Source: Alphaproteobacteria bacterium (GTDB lineage Bacteria; Pseudomonadota; Alphaproteobacteria; Rs-D84). Taken from it: a DNA stretch of 56,630 nt. How positions within the stretch are numbered: the first letter of the stretch is position 1; the number at the start of each line of letters is the position of its first letter. Below the pieces are notes generated by a model. The model saw only the letters and a program-made list of their open reading frames with translations, was not told the DNA's origin and searched no databases. The stretch is from assembly GCA_017436325.1 (NCBI GenBank), contig JAFSDI010000017.1, positions 1-56,630 on the forward strand. Reading direction: 5' to 3'. Positions 10,445-19,951 of the stretch are shown here, piece after piece. Both the position numbers and the translations under genes were made by a program.

Positions 10445-10714
10445 TTATTTTGCTTCGGCGTCTTCTGGGATAACCGAAACTGTTTTGCGGTCGCCATTGC
10501 CTTTTTTGAATTTGACAATACCAGCGATTTTCGCAAACAGTGTGTGGTCTTTGCCCATACCAACATTCAATCCAGGGTGTACAGATGTACCACGTTGACG
10601 AATGATGATGTTTCCAGGGATAACACGACTGCCACCAGATTTTTTAACACCTAATCTGCGTCCTGGTGAATTGCGTCCGTTCATTGATGCCGAACCCGCT
10701 TTCTTATGTGCCAT
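10445..10714 (-). CDS. rpmA: 50S ribosomal protein L27
   Basis: The translation begins [25 protein letters not shown]...[22 protein letters not shown], and an AGGAG SD lies upstream. Confidence 0.95.
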   Translation of the reverse strand: MAHKKAGSASMNGRNSPGRRLGVKKSGGSRVIPGNIIIRQRGTSVHPGLNVGMGKDHTLFAKIAGIVKFKKGNGDRKTVSVIPEDAEAK

Positions 10715-10725
10715 AGTATCGCTCC

Positions 10726-11025
10726 TTAGGCTTTAATATCTGTTATTTTCAGAACAGTAATATACTGACGATGGCCCTTGGTGCGGCGATAATTCTGGCG
10801 ACGTTTCTTTTTGAAAACCAGAATTTTGTCAGCGCGTTTCTGTTCGACAACTTCTGCAACAACCTTGGCACCGTCCAAGAATGGGGTACCAACCTTGTCA
10901 CCGACCATTAATACTTGGTCGAATTCAACTGTACCTGTGGCATTCAGTTTTTCAACCTTGATAACATCGCCCTGTGTAACGCGATATTGTTTGCCACCGG
11001 TTTGAAAGATTGCAAATTCGCTCAT
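10726..11025 (-). CDS. rplU: 50S ribosomal protein L21
   Basis: The translation begins [27 protein letters not shown]... and ends ...[14 protein letters not shown]. The gene order rplU-rpmA is conserved. Confidence 0.95.
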   Translation of the reverse strand: MSEFAIFQTGGKQYRVTQGDVIKVEKLNATGTVEFDQVLMVGDKVGTPFLDGAKVVAEVVEQKRADKILVFKKKRRQNYRRTKGHRQYITVLKITDIKA

Positions 11026-11095
11026 ATTCTTTCTCTTGTTTATTTTGTTGTTTATTATTAATATTTTGCGCCATTTTGACGAAAAGTTTATGCAA

Positions 11096-11123
11096 ATTTT
11101 ATGTTTTTTTTACAAAAAGTCAA
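11096..11123 (-). promoter_or_regulatory. sigma70-type promoter of rplU-rpmA
   Basis: On the minus strand the promoter reads TTGACT (11123-11118), a 16-nt spacer, then TAAAAT (11101-11096). This lies about 70 nt upstream of the rplU ATG. Confidence 0.55.
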
Positions 11124-11165
11124 GCATTTTGTCGAAAAAATTATGCAAACCCCATTTTTAAGCAT

Positions 11166-11195
11166 TGAAAAAGCCCCCAATTGGGGACTTTTTTA
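11166..11195 (-). terminator. rho-independent terminator after rpmG
   Basis: The palindrome CCCCAATTGGGG (11175-11186) is flanked by A and T runs. It lies about 15 nt downstream of the rpmG stop. Confidence 0.7.
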
Positions 11196-11208
11196 GTTTT
11201 AACTGAAA

Positions 11209-11388
11209 TTAATGAGGCATTTTCGCTTCTGTAAAAATAACGTGCTTGCGCAATTTTTTATCGTATTTACGGAATTTCATTTTGCCTGCTGTATTTTCAG
11301 ACTTTGTATTTTTCGTTGTGATATAGAATACCCCAGTTTCAGGATTTCTTAATTGTACAACTTCTTTGCTACCTTTTTTAGATGCCAT
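11209..11388 (-). CDS. rpmG: 50S ribosomal protein L33 (59 aa; below the ORF-track size cut-off)
   Basis: My own translation of the reverse strand gives MASKKGSKEVVQLRNPETGVFYITTKNTKSENTAGKMKFRKYDKKLRKHVIFTEAKMPH*. The FY.T.KN...K..RKYD...RKHV.F.E.K pattern is characteristic of L33. Confidence 0.9.
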   Translation of the reverse strand: MASKKGSKEVVQLRNPETGVFYITTKNTKSENTAGKMKFRKYDKKLRKHVIFTEAKMPH

Positions 11389-11484
11389 TTTTATCGCCTT
11401 TATATTATTATGCGAAGATTTTATGTTAAATTTTACTGGAAATCAAGTTTTTTTTATAATAAAATATAAAAAGTTGATTTTTTT

Positions 11485-11569
<85 letters not shown>

Positions 11570-11610
11570 AACCTTTCCCCCCCGCGGATAACAATTGAGC
11601 CATAAGTAAA

Positions 11611-11687
11611 ATGTAGAAATTGGTAGACGCGCTGAATTTAGGTTCCCTGCGCAACCCATAAGAGTGCGCCGCTCTTTACCCGCACCA
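11611..11687 (+). pseudogene. decayed tandem duplicate of tRNA-Leu (non-functional)
   Basis: Residues GAAATTGGTAGACGCGCTGAATTTAGGTTCC...CATAAGAGTGCGCCGCTCTTTACCCGCACCAAACCTTACCCCCCGCG repeat the tRNA and its 3' flank. The 5' acceptor strand is missing, the anticodon stem is broken, and the T-arm is mutated (GAGTGCGCCGCTC). Confidence 0.6.
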
Positions 11688-11774
11688 AACCTTACCCCCC
11701 GCGCGCAACAGGTCAAAAATTCCTTTGAATACTGTCATATATATAAAAGCCCAAATTTATGATATATTCTTATT

Positions 11775-12074
11775 ATGGTCACAGATGTTAAATATTTTAT
11801 TTCCCAGACCGGCGATGGTTTTCAAGCGGTATACCAAGGGCAAACCATTGGTGAAATAACTTTTGCCCGTGTTGGTTCAGATAAAATAATAATTGACTAT
11901 ACTGGGGTCGCCCCAGAATTTCAGCACCAAAATATCGGATTAACATTAGTTCGAAACGTCGCAAATATGGCACGTGTTCAGCACAAACATATTTTAGCAC
12001 TGTGTCCTTTTGCGCGCGCAATGTTCAATCGATATTCAGAATTTGACGATGTTCGTTTAATGCGTGTCCATTAA
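11775..12074 (+). CDS. small GNAT-like N-acetyltransferase (YjdJ-type)
   Basis: This 99-aa protein contains ...GEITFARVGSDKIIIDYTGVAPEFQHQNIGLTLVRNVANMARVQHKHILALCPFARAMF. The layout matches the minimal GNAT fold with a C-terminal CPF motif, as I recall it. Confidence 0.55.
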   Translation: MVTDVKYFISQTGDGFQAVYQGQTIGEITFARVGSDKIIIDYTGVAPEFQHQNIGLTLVRNVANMARVQHKHILALCPFARAMFNRYSEFDDVRLMRVH

Positions 12075-12135
12075 AAAATTACATTGCAAGATTTTTGCTT
12101 TTTTTCTAACATTTCTTTTATAGAAAGGAAGAATT

Positions 12136-13521
12136 ATGCCAAAAATATCACGCCCAATGTTAATTTTCTTAATTTTCTTAAATGGTTATGTCAGTTTATC
12201 TTTGGAATTATCTGTTCTGCGCCAATTATCTTTTTATGTTGGCAGCAGTGCAGTTATAACCAGTATTATTATGGCAATTTTTCTGGGGTTTATGTCACTG
12301 GGGTATTTTGTTGGCGAATCACAGCGTGTAAATAATGCAAAAATACGTAAAATTTTAAATATCAGCTTTTTAATTATCGCCGCATTATCTGTCTTTGGGG
12401 CCAGCTTTCCATTGATAACGACTTATTTTATAATGATGTATAATGGCGGTATAACTTCTGGTGCGGTACAGACATTTATTTATTCACTAATATTTTTATC
12501 TGCTGGGCCATTTTTATTTGGTTTTAATACAACACTATTGTCACGACAATTACATTCACTTGGTAAAAATTGCACAGGCAGTATAATGGCATGGGATACA
12601 ATCGGTTCTGTGTTTGGTTCTATTGCAACGACATTGTTGCTGATGCCATTTCTGGGAGTGAATTATACAGTTGTTTTAATAACACTATTGGCGGTGGTGG
12701 GCGCATTGATTTTAAGCAGAACACTGTTGGTTTGGATAATATGTATTATTATACTTTTTGCATCTGTATTTATAAACAGCAATACATACCAACGTCGCAC
12801 ATTTGGTATTTTAGTAAACAATGCTAATTCTACGATTTCTGTACTGGAAGAAGAAGGCGAGCGAATATTGTATATGAACGGTCTGCCAATGAGTGTATAT
12901 TGGCCTGAATCAGGTGCCGCAGCAGAATATATAAACTATCTGAATCAAAATTTTATCTATACTATGCCCCAGAACAAGGTATACAAAATTCTTGTACTTG
13001 GCGCAGGTGGATTTACGCTGGGGCTGCAAGACACACATAATGATTATACTTTTGTTGATATCGAACATACCCTGCAACACGTGTCTGAAAAATATTTTCT
13101 GGGACAAAAATTGACCCCAAACAAAAAGTTCATTGTTGCAGATGCTAGTCAATTTTTAAAAAATACCGATATACAGTATGACTTTATTTTATTAGATGTG
13201 TATTCAAATTCATTTCAAGTCCCCGAAGGATTTATTACAGCTGAATTTATGTCACGACTGCGTTCGCGCGTTGCCCCAAATGGTATAATCGCAATGAATA
13301 TGATTGTTTCAGCAGAATTTGGTGATAAATATTCACGTGTTTTTGACAATACTTTCCACACTGTATTTCCATATAATACAACACGTCAGATTATTGGTGA
13401 TTTTGACCCATGGAATAATACTGATGGGGCGTCTAATATTGTATACATATATTATAACGTTGAAAATAATGGTCGCATTTATACAATAAACAAAACACCG
13501 GTAATATATGATAGACAATAA
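12136..13521 (+). CDS. membrane-anchored spermidine-synthase-like (SpeE-fold) protein
   Basis: The N-terminal ~210 aa contain multiple TM segments. The C-terminal half carries ILVLGAGGFTLG (a SAM/dcSAM-binding Gly loop) and DFILLDVYS, as in the aminopropyltransferase family. An AAAGGAAG SD lies upstream. Confidence 0.6.
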   Translation: MPKISRPMLIFLIFLNGYVSLSLELSVLRQLSFYVGSSAVITSIIMAIFLGFMSLGYFVGESQRVNNAKIRKILNISFLIIAALSVFGASFPLITTYFIMMYNGGITSGAVQTFIYSLIFLSAGPFLFGFNTTLLSRQLHSLGKNCTGSIMAWDTIGSVFGSIATTLLLMPFLGVNYTVVLITLLAVVGALILSRTLLVWIICIIILFASVFINSNTYQRRTFGILVNNANSTISVLEEEGERILYMNGLPMSVYWPESGAAAEYINYLNQNFIYTMPQNKVYKILVLGAGGFTLGLQDTHNDYTFVDIEHTLQHVSEKYFLGQKLTPNKKFIVADASQFLKNTDIQYDFILLDVYSNSFQVPEGFITAEFMSRLRSRVAPNGIIAMNMIVSAEFGDKYSRVFDNTFHTVFPYNTTRQIIGDFDPWNNTDGASNIVYIYYNVENNGRIYTINKTPVIYDRQ

Positions 13522-13792
13522 AGTTTATTTATAAAATATAAGCACAAAGTTCCCAGATTAAGAAAACTTTTTTAATCAGACATTCAACAACCTTTCATAT
13601 ATAAAGCATTCCATTTGTGGTGATATTTTTTTGATAAACCGTATATATTCATCAAAAAACTATAACTGGCACAACCATCCAAGGTACAATAACTATATTG
13701 ACTGCTGCATTGCGCGTGGCCTGTTATACTGCCCAAATTGCCATAATTAGCACTAAAGGTCATAGTTGATTCATCTGCGGTATAATCAATCG

Positions 13793-13824
13793 CCCCACAA
13801 AATTTCGAAATAAATTTTGTGGGG
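13793..13824 (-). terminator. 13-bp perfect hairpin downstream of sodB (probable terminator or RNA-stabilising stem)
   Basis: CCCCACAAAATTT / AAATTTTGTGGGG with a 6-nt loop lies about 57 nt past the sodB stop. No clean U-run follows the stem. Confidence 0.4.
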
Positions 13825-13880
13825 CACAACGGGGGCAGGAAATTAAAAGAATAAAACAATCGTTTTTATTGCAAATTTAG

Positions 13881-14468
13881 TTATTTCTTTAAATTTTCTG
13901 CAACGAAGTTCCAGTCAACCAGATTATTTAAAAAACTGTCTATGAAATCTGCACGCTTGTTTTTATAATCCAGATAATACGAATGTTCCCACACGTCAAG
14001 TGTTAATATTGGCGTCATATTATGTGCAATCGGTGTATCTGCATTGCTGGTATTTATAATCTTTAAAACATCACCATCGCGTACCAACCATGTATAGCCA
14101 CTGCCAAATAAACTGGTCGCAGCAGTCTTGAATTGCTGTGCAAAATTTTCCGCACTGCCAAACTGTGCAATTATTTCTGCTGGAATTTCTGCATCACACT
14201 TTGGACACATTCCATGAAAGAAAAAGTCGTGATTGTAAACCTGGGCCGCGTTATTAAATATCTTTTGTTCTGCTGGTTTTTTTGCAGATTCTTGAATTAT
14301 ATCAATTAACGACATTTCTGCATATGGGGTGTCAGATATCAATTTGTTCAGGTTTTCTATATATGTCGCAACATGACGACCATGATGCGTTTCAAGTGTT
14401 TCAGCAGATATATATGGCGCCAATGCATCTGGCGCATATGGTAAAGGAAACTGTGATAGTGTAAACAT
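13881..14468 (-). CDS. sodB: superoxide dismutase (Fe/Mn family)
   Basis: The motifs FTLSQFPLPYAPDALAPYISAETLETHHGRHVATYIENLNKL...DVWEHSYYLDYKNKR are canonical for Fe/Mn-SOD. An AAGGAG SD lies upstream. Confidence 0.9.
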   Translation of the reverse strand: MFTLSQFPLPYAPDALAPYISAETLETHHGRHVATYIENLNKLISDTPYAEMSLIDIIQESAKKPAEQKIFNNAAQVYNHDFFFHGMCPKCDAEIPAEIIAQFGSAENFAQQFKTAATSLFGSGYTWLVRDGDVLKIINTSNADTPIAHNMTPILTLDVWEHSYYLDYKNKRADFIDSFLNNLVDWNFVAENLKK

Positions 14469-14602
14469 ATTTTTCTCCTTGGTGTTTGTTTCATCTTATT
14501 GTGCTTTATTAAATAAAATTATCAACAGGAAAATTTTATTAAAAATATCTTGCACATTAATTAATATATTTTCTATAATCGAATTATTAGAAAGGAGTAA
14601 AT

Positions 14603-15166
14603 ATGAAAAAATTGTCGCTGTTGTCTGCTGTTTTAGGTTTGTCTTTGGTAGGCAGCGCAAACGCAAATGAAACAATAACAATTTATTATTCACCAACATG
14701 TCCATATTGTCACTATGCACGTAATGATATCTCTGACGGCTTGATTTATGAATACCCAAATATTTCTGTTACAGAAATTGATGTTTCAAAATCTGAAAAT
14801 CGTGGCCTTTTTGGTTCAGCACTGGAAAAATGCGGATTGGAATCTGGCGGGGTGCCTGTGGTTGTTTTTGGCGACACTTGTAAACAAGGATATTCAGGAC
14901 TGTTGAAAGACGAAGTTCGTAAATTTTTAGATGCCAATCTTAATGAAGATGAAAAAACACAAGTTGCCGCTAATCGCAAGGCAATGGAAGAGAATGCAGA
15001 TGACTTTAAGGCAAACAATACAGATCGTAAAAATGCGGTTACACAATATGTTCATAAGCAATCTGAAAATACAGAAAAACCTGCAGAGAAACCTGTTGAA
15101 AAACCTGCGGAGTCAACCGTTGAAAGTCCAGCAGAACAGACTGCAGAAGTTGCCGATGCAAAATAA
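14603..15166 (+). CDS. exported thioredoxin-fold (glutaredoxin-like, CPYC) protein with a C-terminal EKP-rich repeat tail
   Basis: The signal peptide is MKKLSLLSAVLGLSLVGSANA. A CPYC redox motif (YYSPTCPYCHYA) and ...GGVPVVVFG are present. The tail reads EKPAEKPVEKPAESTVESPAEQTAE. A GAAAGGAG SD lies upstream. Confidence 0.55.
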   Translation: MKKLSLLSAVLGLSLVGSANANETITIYYSPTCPYCHYARNDISDGLIYEYPNISVTEIDVSKSENRGLFGSALEKCGLESGGVPVVVFGDTCKQGYSGLLKDEVRKFLDANLNEDEKTQVAANRKAMEENADDFKANNTDRKNAVTQYVHKQSENTEKPAEKPVEKPAESTVESPAEQTAEVADAK

Positions 15167-15285
15167 TGTTAATTAGATAATATTGTGTATTTATTTGGGG
15201 CTGATATTCTTTTTTTGATATTTAGTAAGGTTTTGTCTTTAAAAAATAATATCAGCCCAGTTTATTTATATAACAGGAATAAAAT

Positions 15286-16050
15286 ATGTTCGATTTAACT
15301 GTACTTGATTATGTTTATATTGGTGTAGTGTTGGCTTCTACGATTTGGGCAACAATACGTGGCGGGGTATATGAAACAGTCGCAACAATGTCTTGGGTCG
15401 TTGCGGCAGTTGCGGCGCGTTTTGCTTCGCCTTGGTTGGATAAATTATTACAATCTTGGTTCAATTTGTCGGATTCAACTGTTGGAACGTTGGTTGCGTC
15501 TTATTTCGTGGTTTTCTTTGCTGTATTGTTATTATTTGGTTTTCTAAACCAAAAATTGCGCGATAAAATCCAAGACAGTATTATGAATATAACAGATAAA
15601 ACACTGGGGGTTATTTTCGGAATAATTCGCGGCGTTGTCGTTATGGGGGGCGTGTATTGGGGCGCACTGTGGTATTATTCTGATATGCCTTTCTTACCAC
15701 AATGGTTGGCACAGGCACGTATGCGACCAATTATGCAAATAACAGCAGTAAAATTAGACGAATGGTTCTTTCCAGGCCCTGAAAATAAGCTGTTGGCACG
15801 TGATGTGGCGGGCGCACGTGAAGCAATAGAAATTTATAATAATTTAATTAATCCTGCGATTACAGAAAAGTTAAAAGAAAAAAATACCGATGATTCCGCA
15901 ACTGTTGATACGTCAGAAGAAACAGGATATAAATCGTCTGAACGCGCAGCATTGGAAAACCAATTACTGCAGATAGAAACTGTTGCGCGCGCAATTGAAG
16001 AACAGACGGAAAAATCAGAAGAAAATATATCAGCAGATTCTGTACAATAA
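15286..16050 (+). CDS. cvpA: CvpA-family membrane protein
   Basis: The N-terminus reads MFDLTVLDYVYIGVVLASTIWATIRGGVYE... Four TM segments are followed by a hydrophilic tail, which is typical of colicin V production protein homologues. Confidence 0.7.
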   Translation: MFDLTVLDYVYIGVVLASTIWATIRGGVYETVATMSWVVAAVAARFASPWLDKLLQSWFNLSDSTVGTLVASYFVVFFAVLLLFGFLNQKLRDKIQDSIMNITDKTLGVIFGIIRGVVVMGGVYWGALWYYSDMPFLPQWLAQARMRPIMQITAVKLDEWFFPGPENKLLARDVAGAREAIEIYNNLINPAITEKLKEKNTDDSATVDTSEETGYKSSERAALENQLLQIETVARAIEEQTEKSEENISADSVQ

Positions 16051-16052
16051 TT

Positions 16053-16075
16053 TCCCCATTTGGGGATTTTTTTTC
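16053..16075 (+). terminator. rho-independent terminator after cvpA
   Basis: TCCCCA-TT-TGGGGA followed by T9 lies directly after the stop codon. Confidence 0.7.
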
Positions 16076-16267
16076 TTTGATTCTGATTGCTGTCTGGATT
16101 CTTTTTACGCAGGAATTTTGTGTATGCACAGCGCACTGTTTATATTTATAACCTGCACTGTTTTCTTGTCAAAACAGTGTTCGTTCTTTGCCATAGCTAT
16201 GCCGTTACAAATTGTGACAATAACACAGATACCGTAAAAAAATCTTATACAATATCTTTTGTGACAT

Positions 16268-16297
16268 CAAAAAAACCTGTAGTTAATTACAGGTTTT
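16268..16297 (-). terminator. terminator after the 16318-16836 gene
   Basis: AACCTGTA-GTTAAT-TACAGGTT is preceded on the plus strand by A7, which gives a U-run on the minus strand. It lies about 20 nt past the stop. Confidence 0.6.
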
Positions 16298-16317
16298 GGG
16301 GTTGTCGTAGGTTATAT

Positions 16318-16836
16318 TTATTTCTTCTTTTTAACATCTGACTTTTTTAACTTAACGGTTGGCTTAACACGCTTTTTTGCAGATGGTCTTTTTATTTCTG
16401 CAGACATTATTTCCATATCTGCTTGTTCATCAGAGGCGTCTACAAAACCTTTGATTTTTTTATGCAAATCAGGATGCCTGTCCGCATACCTTTTTATGCC
16501 AATCAAGATTGCAGCCGCAATTAATTTTTCGATATCCTGAATATCAAGATGTTCTGATAACTTGCTGCGAACGTTGCCCATTATATTATTCAATGCGTTC
16601 TTGGCACGTCTGATAAAGGTCCTGCGCCTGTGTGCACGAACAATCTCGCGCAGCCACATCAGAATAATCATCGCAACCAATGGTACAATTACACAAAATA
16701 GAAAATACCGATACCAACTGTCACAAAATGCAGTCGGAAACATCGCATCGCATACACGTTGAAAGTGCAATACTGATACTGCCAACATTTCATAAACAGC
16801 CAATACAGTAAAACAAATTTTCGATTTTAAAAGCAT
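16318..16836 (-). CDS. hypothetical membrane protein with a Lys-rich tail
   Basis: An AAGGAG SD lies upstream. Two TM segments are present, and the C-terminal tail is basic (...KRPSAKKRVKPTVKLKKSDVKKKK). No family was recognised. Confidence 0.5.
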   Translation of the reverse strand: MLLKSKICFTVLAVYEMLAVSVLHFQRVCDAMFPTAFCDSWYRYFLFCVIVPLVAMIILMWLREIVRAHRRRTFIRRAKNALNNIMGNVRSKLSEHLDIQDIEKLIAAAILIGIKRYADRHPDLHKKIKGFVDASDEQADMEIMSAEIKRPSAKKRVKPTVKLKKSDVKKKK

Positions 16837-16904
16837 CTTTTTCTCCTTGGGTTCTTAATACTGTAATTTTATAAAAAATATTATAAAAAATCGTCAGGTA
16901 TCTA

Positions 16905-16939
16905 TTCCGAAAATAAATTCCCTGTATTTCACAGGGAAT
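16905..16939 (-). terminator. rho-independent terminator after nrdG
   Basis: ATTCCCTGT-ATTTC-ACAGGGAAT (16917-16939) is followed on the minus strand by UUUAUUUU. Confidence 0.65.
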
Positions 16940-16962
16940 GAAGGGAGAGAAGAAGATTAAAT

Positions 16963-17664
16963 TTATTCGCGCCAAACAACAGTTTCAAACATCTGATTAA
17001 GCCTGTGACGCAAATCATCATCAATGAAAAATTGATTTCTTTGCGCGTCTGTTGTTTTGCAATCATCTGTTTCAAAGTGCGGTACATATTTCTGAATTGC
17101 AATATTCTTTACATCACGATCAGATAATATGTTCGCAATTTGCATTAAGTCAGACTTATTAATATAACGCGGGTCACATGTTATTCGTACTTCGAATTCC
17201 TTGCCCGTGGTTCGCCATATGTCTAAACTTTTTATCATATTATCATAGGCAATGTTTTGACCGGTTAAATCAGGATACTTTTCACGTGTAGCCTTGAAAT
17301 CTAGACCAATCCAGTCAATTGTGTCAGATGCTTGCCCCAATACGTGCGGATAAAATCCGTTTGTGTGTATGCCTATCTTGAAACCCATTTCACGTACTTG
17401 TTGCATATACTGAATTAGTGCGGGGCCTTGCATTAACGCTTCGCCACCAGAAAAAACAACCGCCTCTAACTTGCCAATACGATTATGCAACCATTCAAGT
17501 ATGCGCGATGGATCGTATTCACCATTGCCAACAGATAATAAATGTGGATTGGAACAATATGCACATCGCAATGGACAACCAACCAAGAATATTACCGCAG
17601 ATAATTTCCCAGGATAATCTATTGTCGTGAACGGAACCAATCCACCAATCTGAATTTCAGCCAT
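16963..17664 (-). CDS. nrdG: anaerobic ribonucleoside-triphosphate reductase activating protein (radical SAM), long form
   Basis: The radical-SAM cluster motif is CPLRCAYCSNPH, and ...VVFSGGEAL is also present. The gene lies directly downstream of nrdD and the glycyl-radical peptide gene. At 233 aa it is longer than the E. coli-type NrdG. Confidence 0.8.
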   Translation of the reverse strand: MAEIQIGGLVPFTTIDYPGKLSAVIFLVGCPLRCAYCSNPHLLSVGNGEYDPSRILEWLHNRIGKLEAVVFSGGEALMQGPALIQYMQQVREMGFKIGIHTNGFYPHVLGQASDTIDWIGLDFKATREKYPDLTGQNIAYDNMIKSLDIWRTTGKEFEVRITCDPRYINKSDLMQIANILSDRDVKNIAIQKYVPHFETDDCKTTDAQRNQFFIDDDLRHRLNQMFETVVWRE

Positions 17665-17667
17665 ATC

Positions 17668-17850
17668 TTATGCTGCTTTCTTTAACAAATCACAGTGACG
17701 TTGACCCGCAGATAGACTGTTCGCCTCTGTAAAGGTTTTGCGTTCGCAGAATTCTGAATATTTACCAATGTTAAAGTTCTTTACAGGTCGAATAAAACCC
17801 ATTGAACGTGAAAAAACTTCGCATGGTGTTCTGTGTGCATTTTCAATCAT
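17668..17850 (-). CDS. stand-alone glycyl-radical domain peptide of class III RNR (NrdD C-terminal module)
   Basis: This 60-aa ORF has its own AGGAG SD. The sequence ...CEVFSRSMGFIRPVKNFNIGKYSEFCERKTF matches the NrdD C-terminal pattern [ST]R..G[YF]......[WF]N.GK..E...R that surrounds the radical glycine. Confidence 0.65.
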   Translation of the reverse strand: MIENAHRTPCEVFSRSMGFIRPVKNFNIGKYSEFCERKTFTEANSLSAGQRHCDLLKKAA

Positions 17851-17892
17851 AATATTCTCCTACGTTTGTTAGATTTGTTATTTTTATTTATT

Positions 17893-19926
17893 CTATTGTT
17901 TGTTTTCTTGGTTAGCGGCATTTTCTGCATCGCACTTTGGACAAAATTCGTGTCTGCCAGGCAAATATCCATGCACAGGACAGATTGAAAACGTTGGTGT
18001 CAATGTCATATATGGCACTTTATAGTTTTCAAATATTGTTCTGACGATTTTTTGTGCCGCATCACCCGAAGAAACCGGTTCGCCCATATACAAGTGCAAC
18101 ATTGTGCCACCTGTATATTTGCGCTGTAGCTCTTCTTGATGTTCCAGTGCAACAAATGGATCATCTGTAAAATTCACTGGCAATTGTGTCGAATTTGTAT
18201 AATACGGTGCATCCTTGGTACCAGCAGTGATGATATCGGGGAAGTTCTTGACATCTGTTTTTGCAAAACGATACGAACATCCTTCTGCTGGGGTTGCTTC
18301 TAGATTATACAAATTCCCTGTTTGTTCTTGGAATGTCGCCAGATTTTCACGAATAAAATCCATAACGTCCAAAACCAACTTCTTGCCCATCGGTGTGGCA
18401 ATATTTTCACGATCACCCGTAAAATTACGAACCATTTCATTCGCACCATTCACACCAATTGTCGAAAAGTGATGATCCCAGTTGCCCAGATAACGTTTTG
18501 TGAATGGATATAGGCCACGTTCCATATTCTTGGAAATAATATCACGCTTGATTTCCAATGCGTCACGACCTAAATCCAATAAGCGCTTTAGTTCTGTGAA
18601 CAAACCTTCGCGGTTGCCACGATGTACATAACCTAAACGCGCTAAATTAATTGTAATAACACCAATCGAACCTGTCTTTTCCGCAGAACCAAACAGACCA
18701 CCGCCACGCTTTAGCAATTCACGTACGTCCAGACGTAAGCGACAGCACATAGAACGAACATCTGTTGGATTCAAATCAGAGTTCAAAAAGTTCTGGAAAT
18801 TTGGTATCCCGTATTTCGCAGCCAATTCAAATAATGGTTTTACATTGGGGTGTTCCCATGGAAAATCATTAGTAATATTATATGTCGGTATCGGGAATGT
18901 AAATGGACGACCAAGCGCATCACCTTCGGTCATAACCTCTAAGAATGCCTTGTTTATCATATCCATTTCTGGTTGCAAGTCACCATAGGTAAAGTCTTGC
19001 TGTTGTTTGCCAACAAATGGATGTTGCGATTTTAAGTCTTCTGGACATGTCCAATCAAATGTGAAATTTATAAACGGTGTCTGTGTACCCCATCTGCACG
19101 GAACAGCACAATTAAAGACCAATGTTTGCATCGCATTTTTTACATCTGCATACGATAAGTTATCAATCCTGATATATGGCGCCAAATAAGTATCAACAGA
19201 TGAAAATGCCTGCGCACCCGCAAACTCGTTCTGCAAGGTACCTAAAAAGTTCACCATATGCGAAATTGCGGTTGCCATATGCTTAGCCGGTTCGCATTGC
19301 AGATATCCGTCAACACCATTAAATCCTTCGTATAATAATTCACGCAAAGACCAGCCAGCACAATACCCAGTCAACCATCCCAAATCATGTATATGAATTG
19401 CAGCAGTCTTGTGCGCATCAGCAACGGCCCGCGGATACAGATTTAACCAATATTCCGCGGTGACGCGTTCACTGGTACGCAATATCAGCCCACCGATGGA
19501 ATAGCCGACATTTGCATTTTCTTTGATACGCCAATTTGAACCACCAACATAGCCTTCGATTACCTCAACAGCGTCAACCATAGATTCGCGAATTTCAGTC
19601 CGCTTTTGACGATATATGATATATGCCTGTGCTGTCTTGTATGCCTTGTTATCCATTAATGTTTTGATAACAATGTCTTGGATATGTTCAACAGATGGTG
19701 TCTTTTGTGCAAAACTGTCATCAAGATTCTTTAATACATCTTGGGTAATTTTTACAATTTCTACATCTGAAACCTCTGCCGTGACGGCAACAGCTTTCTT
19801 AATAGCCTCATATATTTTCTTGGAATCAAAAGGCACTGTTTCACCGCTGCGCTTTTGTACCGCAACCAAATGAGTGACCAGTGTCGGTGTAATCTGAATT
19901 TTAATTTCGCTTTGTGTTTCTGACAT
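17893..19926 (-). CDS. nrdD: anaerobic ribonucleoside-triphosphate reductase, catalytic subunit lacking the glycyl-radical tail
   Basis: An ATP-cone-like N-terminus (VQKRSGETVPFDSKKIYEAIKKA) and a class III core are present. The C-terminal Zn-ribbon is CPVHG...CPKC, after which the ORF ends at a TAG. A GGAG SD lies upstream. Confidence 0.85.
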   Translation of the reverse strand: MSETQSEIKIQITPTLVTHLVAVQKRSGETVPFDSKKIYEAIKKAVAVTAEVSDVEIVKITQDVLKNLDDSFAQKTPSVEHIQDIVIKTLMDNKAYKTAQAYIIYRQKRTEIRESMVDAVEVIEGYVGGSNWRIKENANVGYSIGGLILRTSERVTAEYWLNLYPRAVADAHKTAAIHIHDLGWLTGYCAGWSLRELLYEGFNGVDGYLQCEPAKHMATAISHMVNFLGTLQNEFAGAQAFSSVDTYLAPYIRIDNLSYADVKNAMQTLVFNCAVPCRWGTQTPFINFTFDWTCPEDLKSQHPFVGKQQQDFTYGDLQPEMDMINKAFLEVMTEGDALGRPFTFPIPTYNITNDFPWEHPNVKPLFELAAKYGIPNFQNFLNSDLNPTDVRSMCCRLRLDVRELLKRGGGLFGSAEKTGSIGVITINLARLGYVHRGNREGLFTELKRLLDLGRDALEIKRDIISKNMERGLYPFTKRYLGNWDHHFSTIGVNGANEMVRNFTGDRENIATPMGKKLVLDVMDFIRENLATFQEQTGNLYNLEATPAEGCSYRFAKTDVKNFPDIITAGTKDAPYYTNSTQLPVNFTDDPFVALEHQEELQRKYTGGTMLHLYMGEPVSSGDAAQKIVRTIFENYKVPYMTLTPTFSICPVHGYLPGRHEFCPKCDAENAANQENKQ

Positions 19927-19951
19927 CTTAAAAACTCCAATTCTTGTAAAA

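Noticed and set aside
13584-13859. 91-aa minus-strand ORF downstream of sodB
   Set aside because: It starts at a TTG without an SD, and a perfect 13-bp hairpin (13793-13824) that looks like the sodB terminator sits inside it. The Cys-rich product has no signal peptide. It may still be real, but it is not supportable from the sequence alone.
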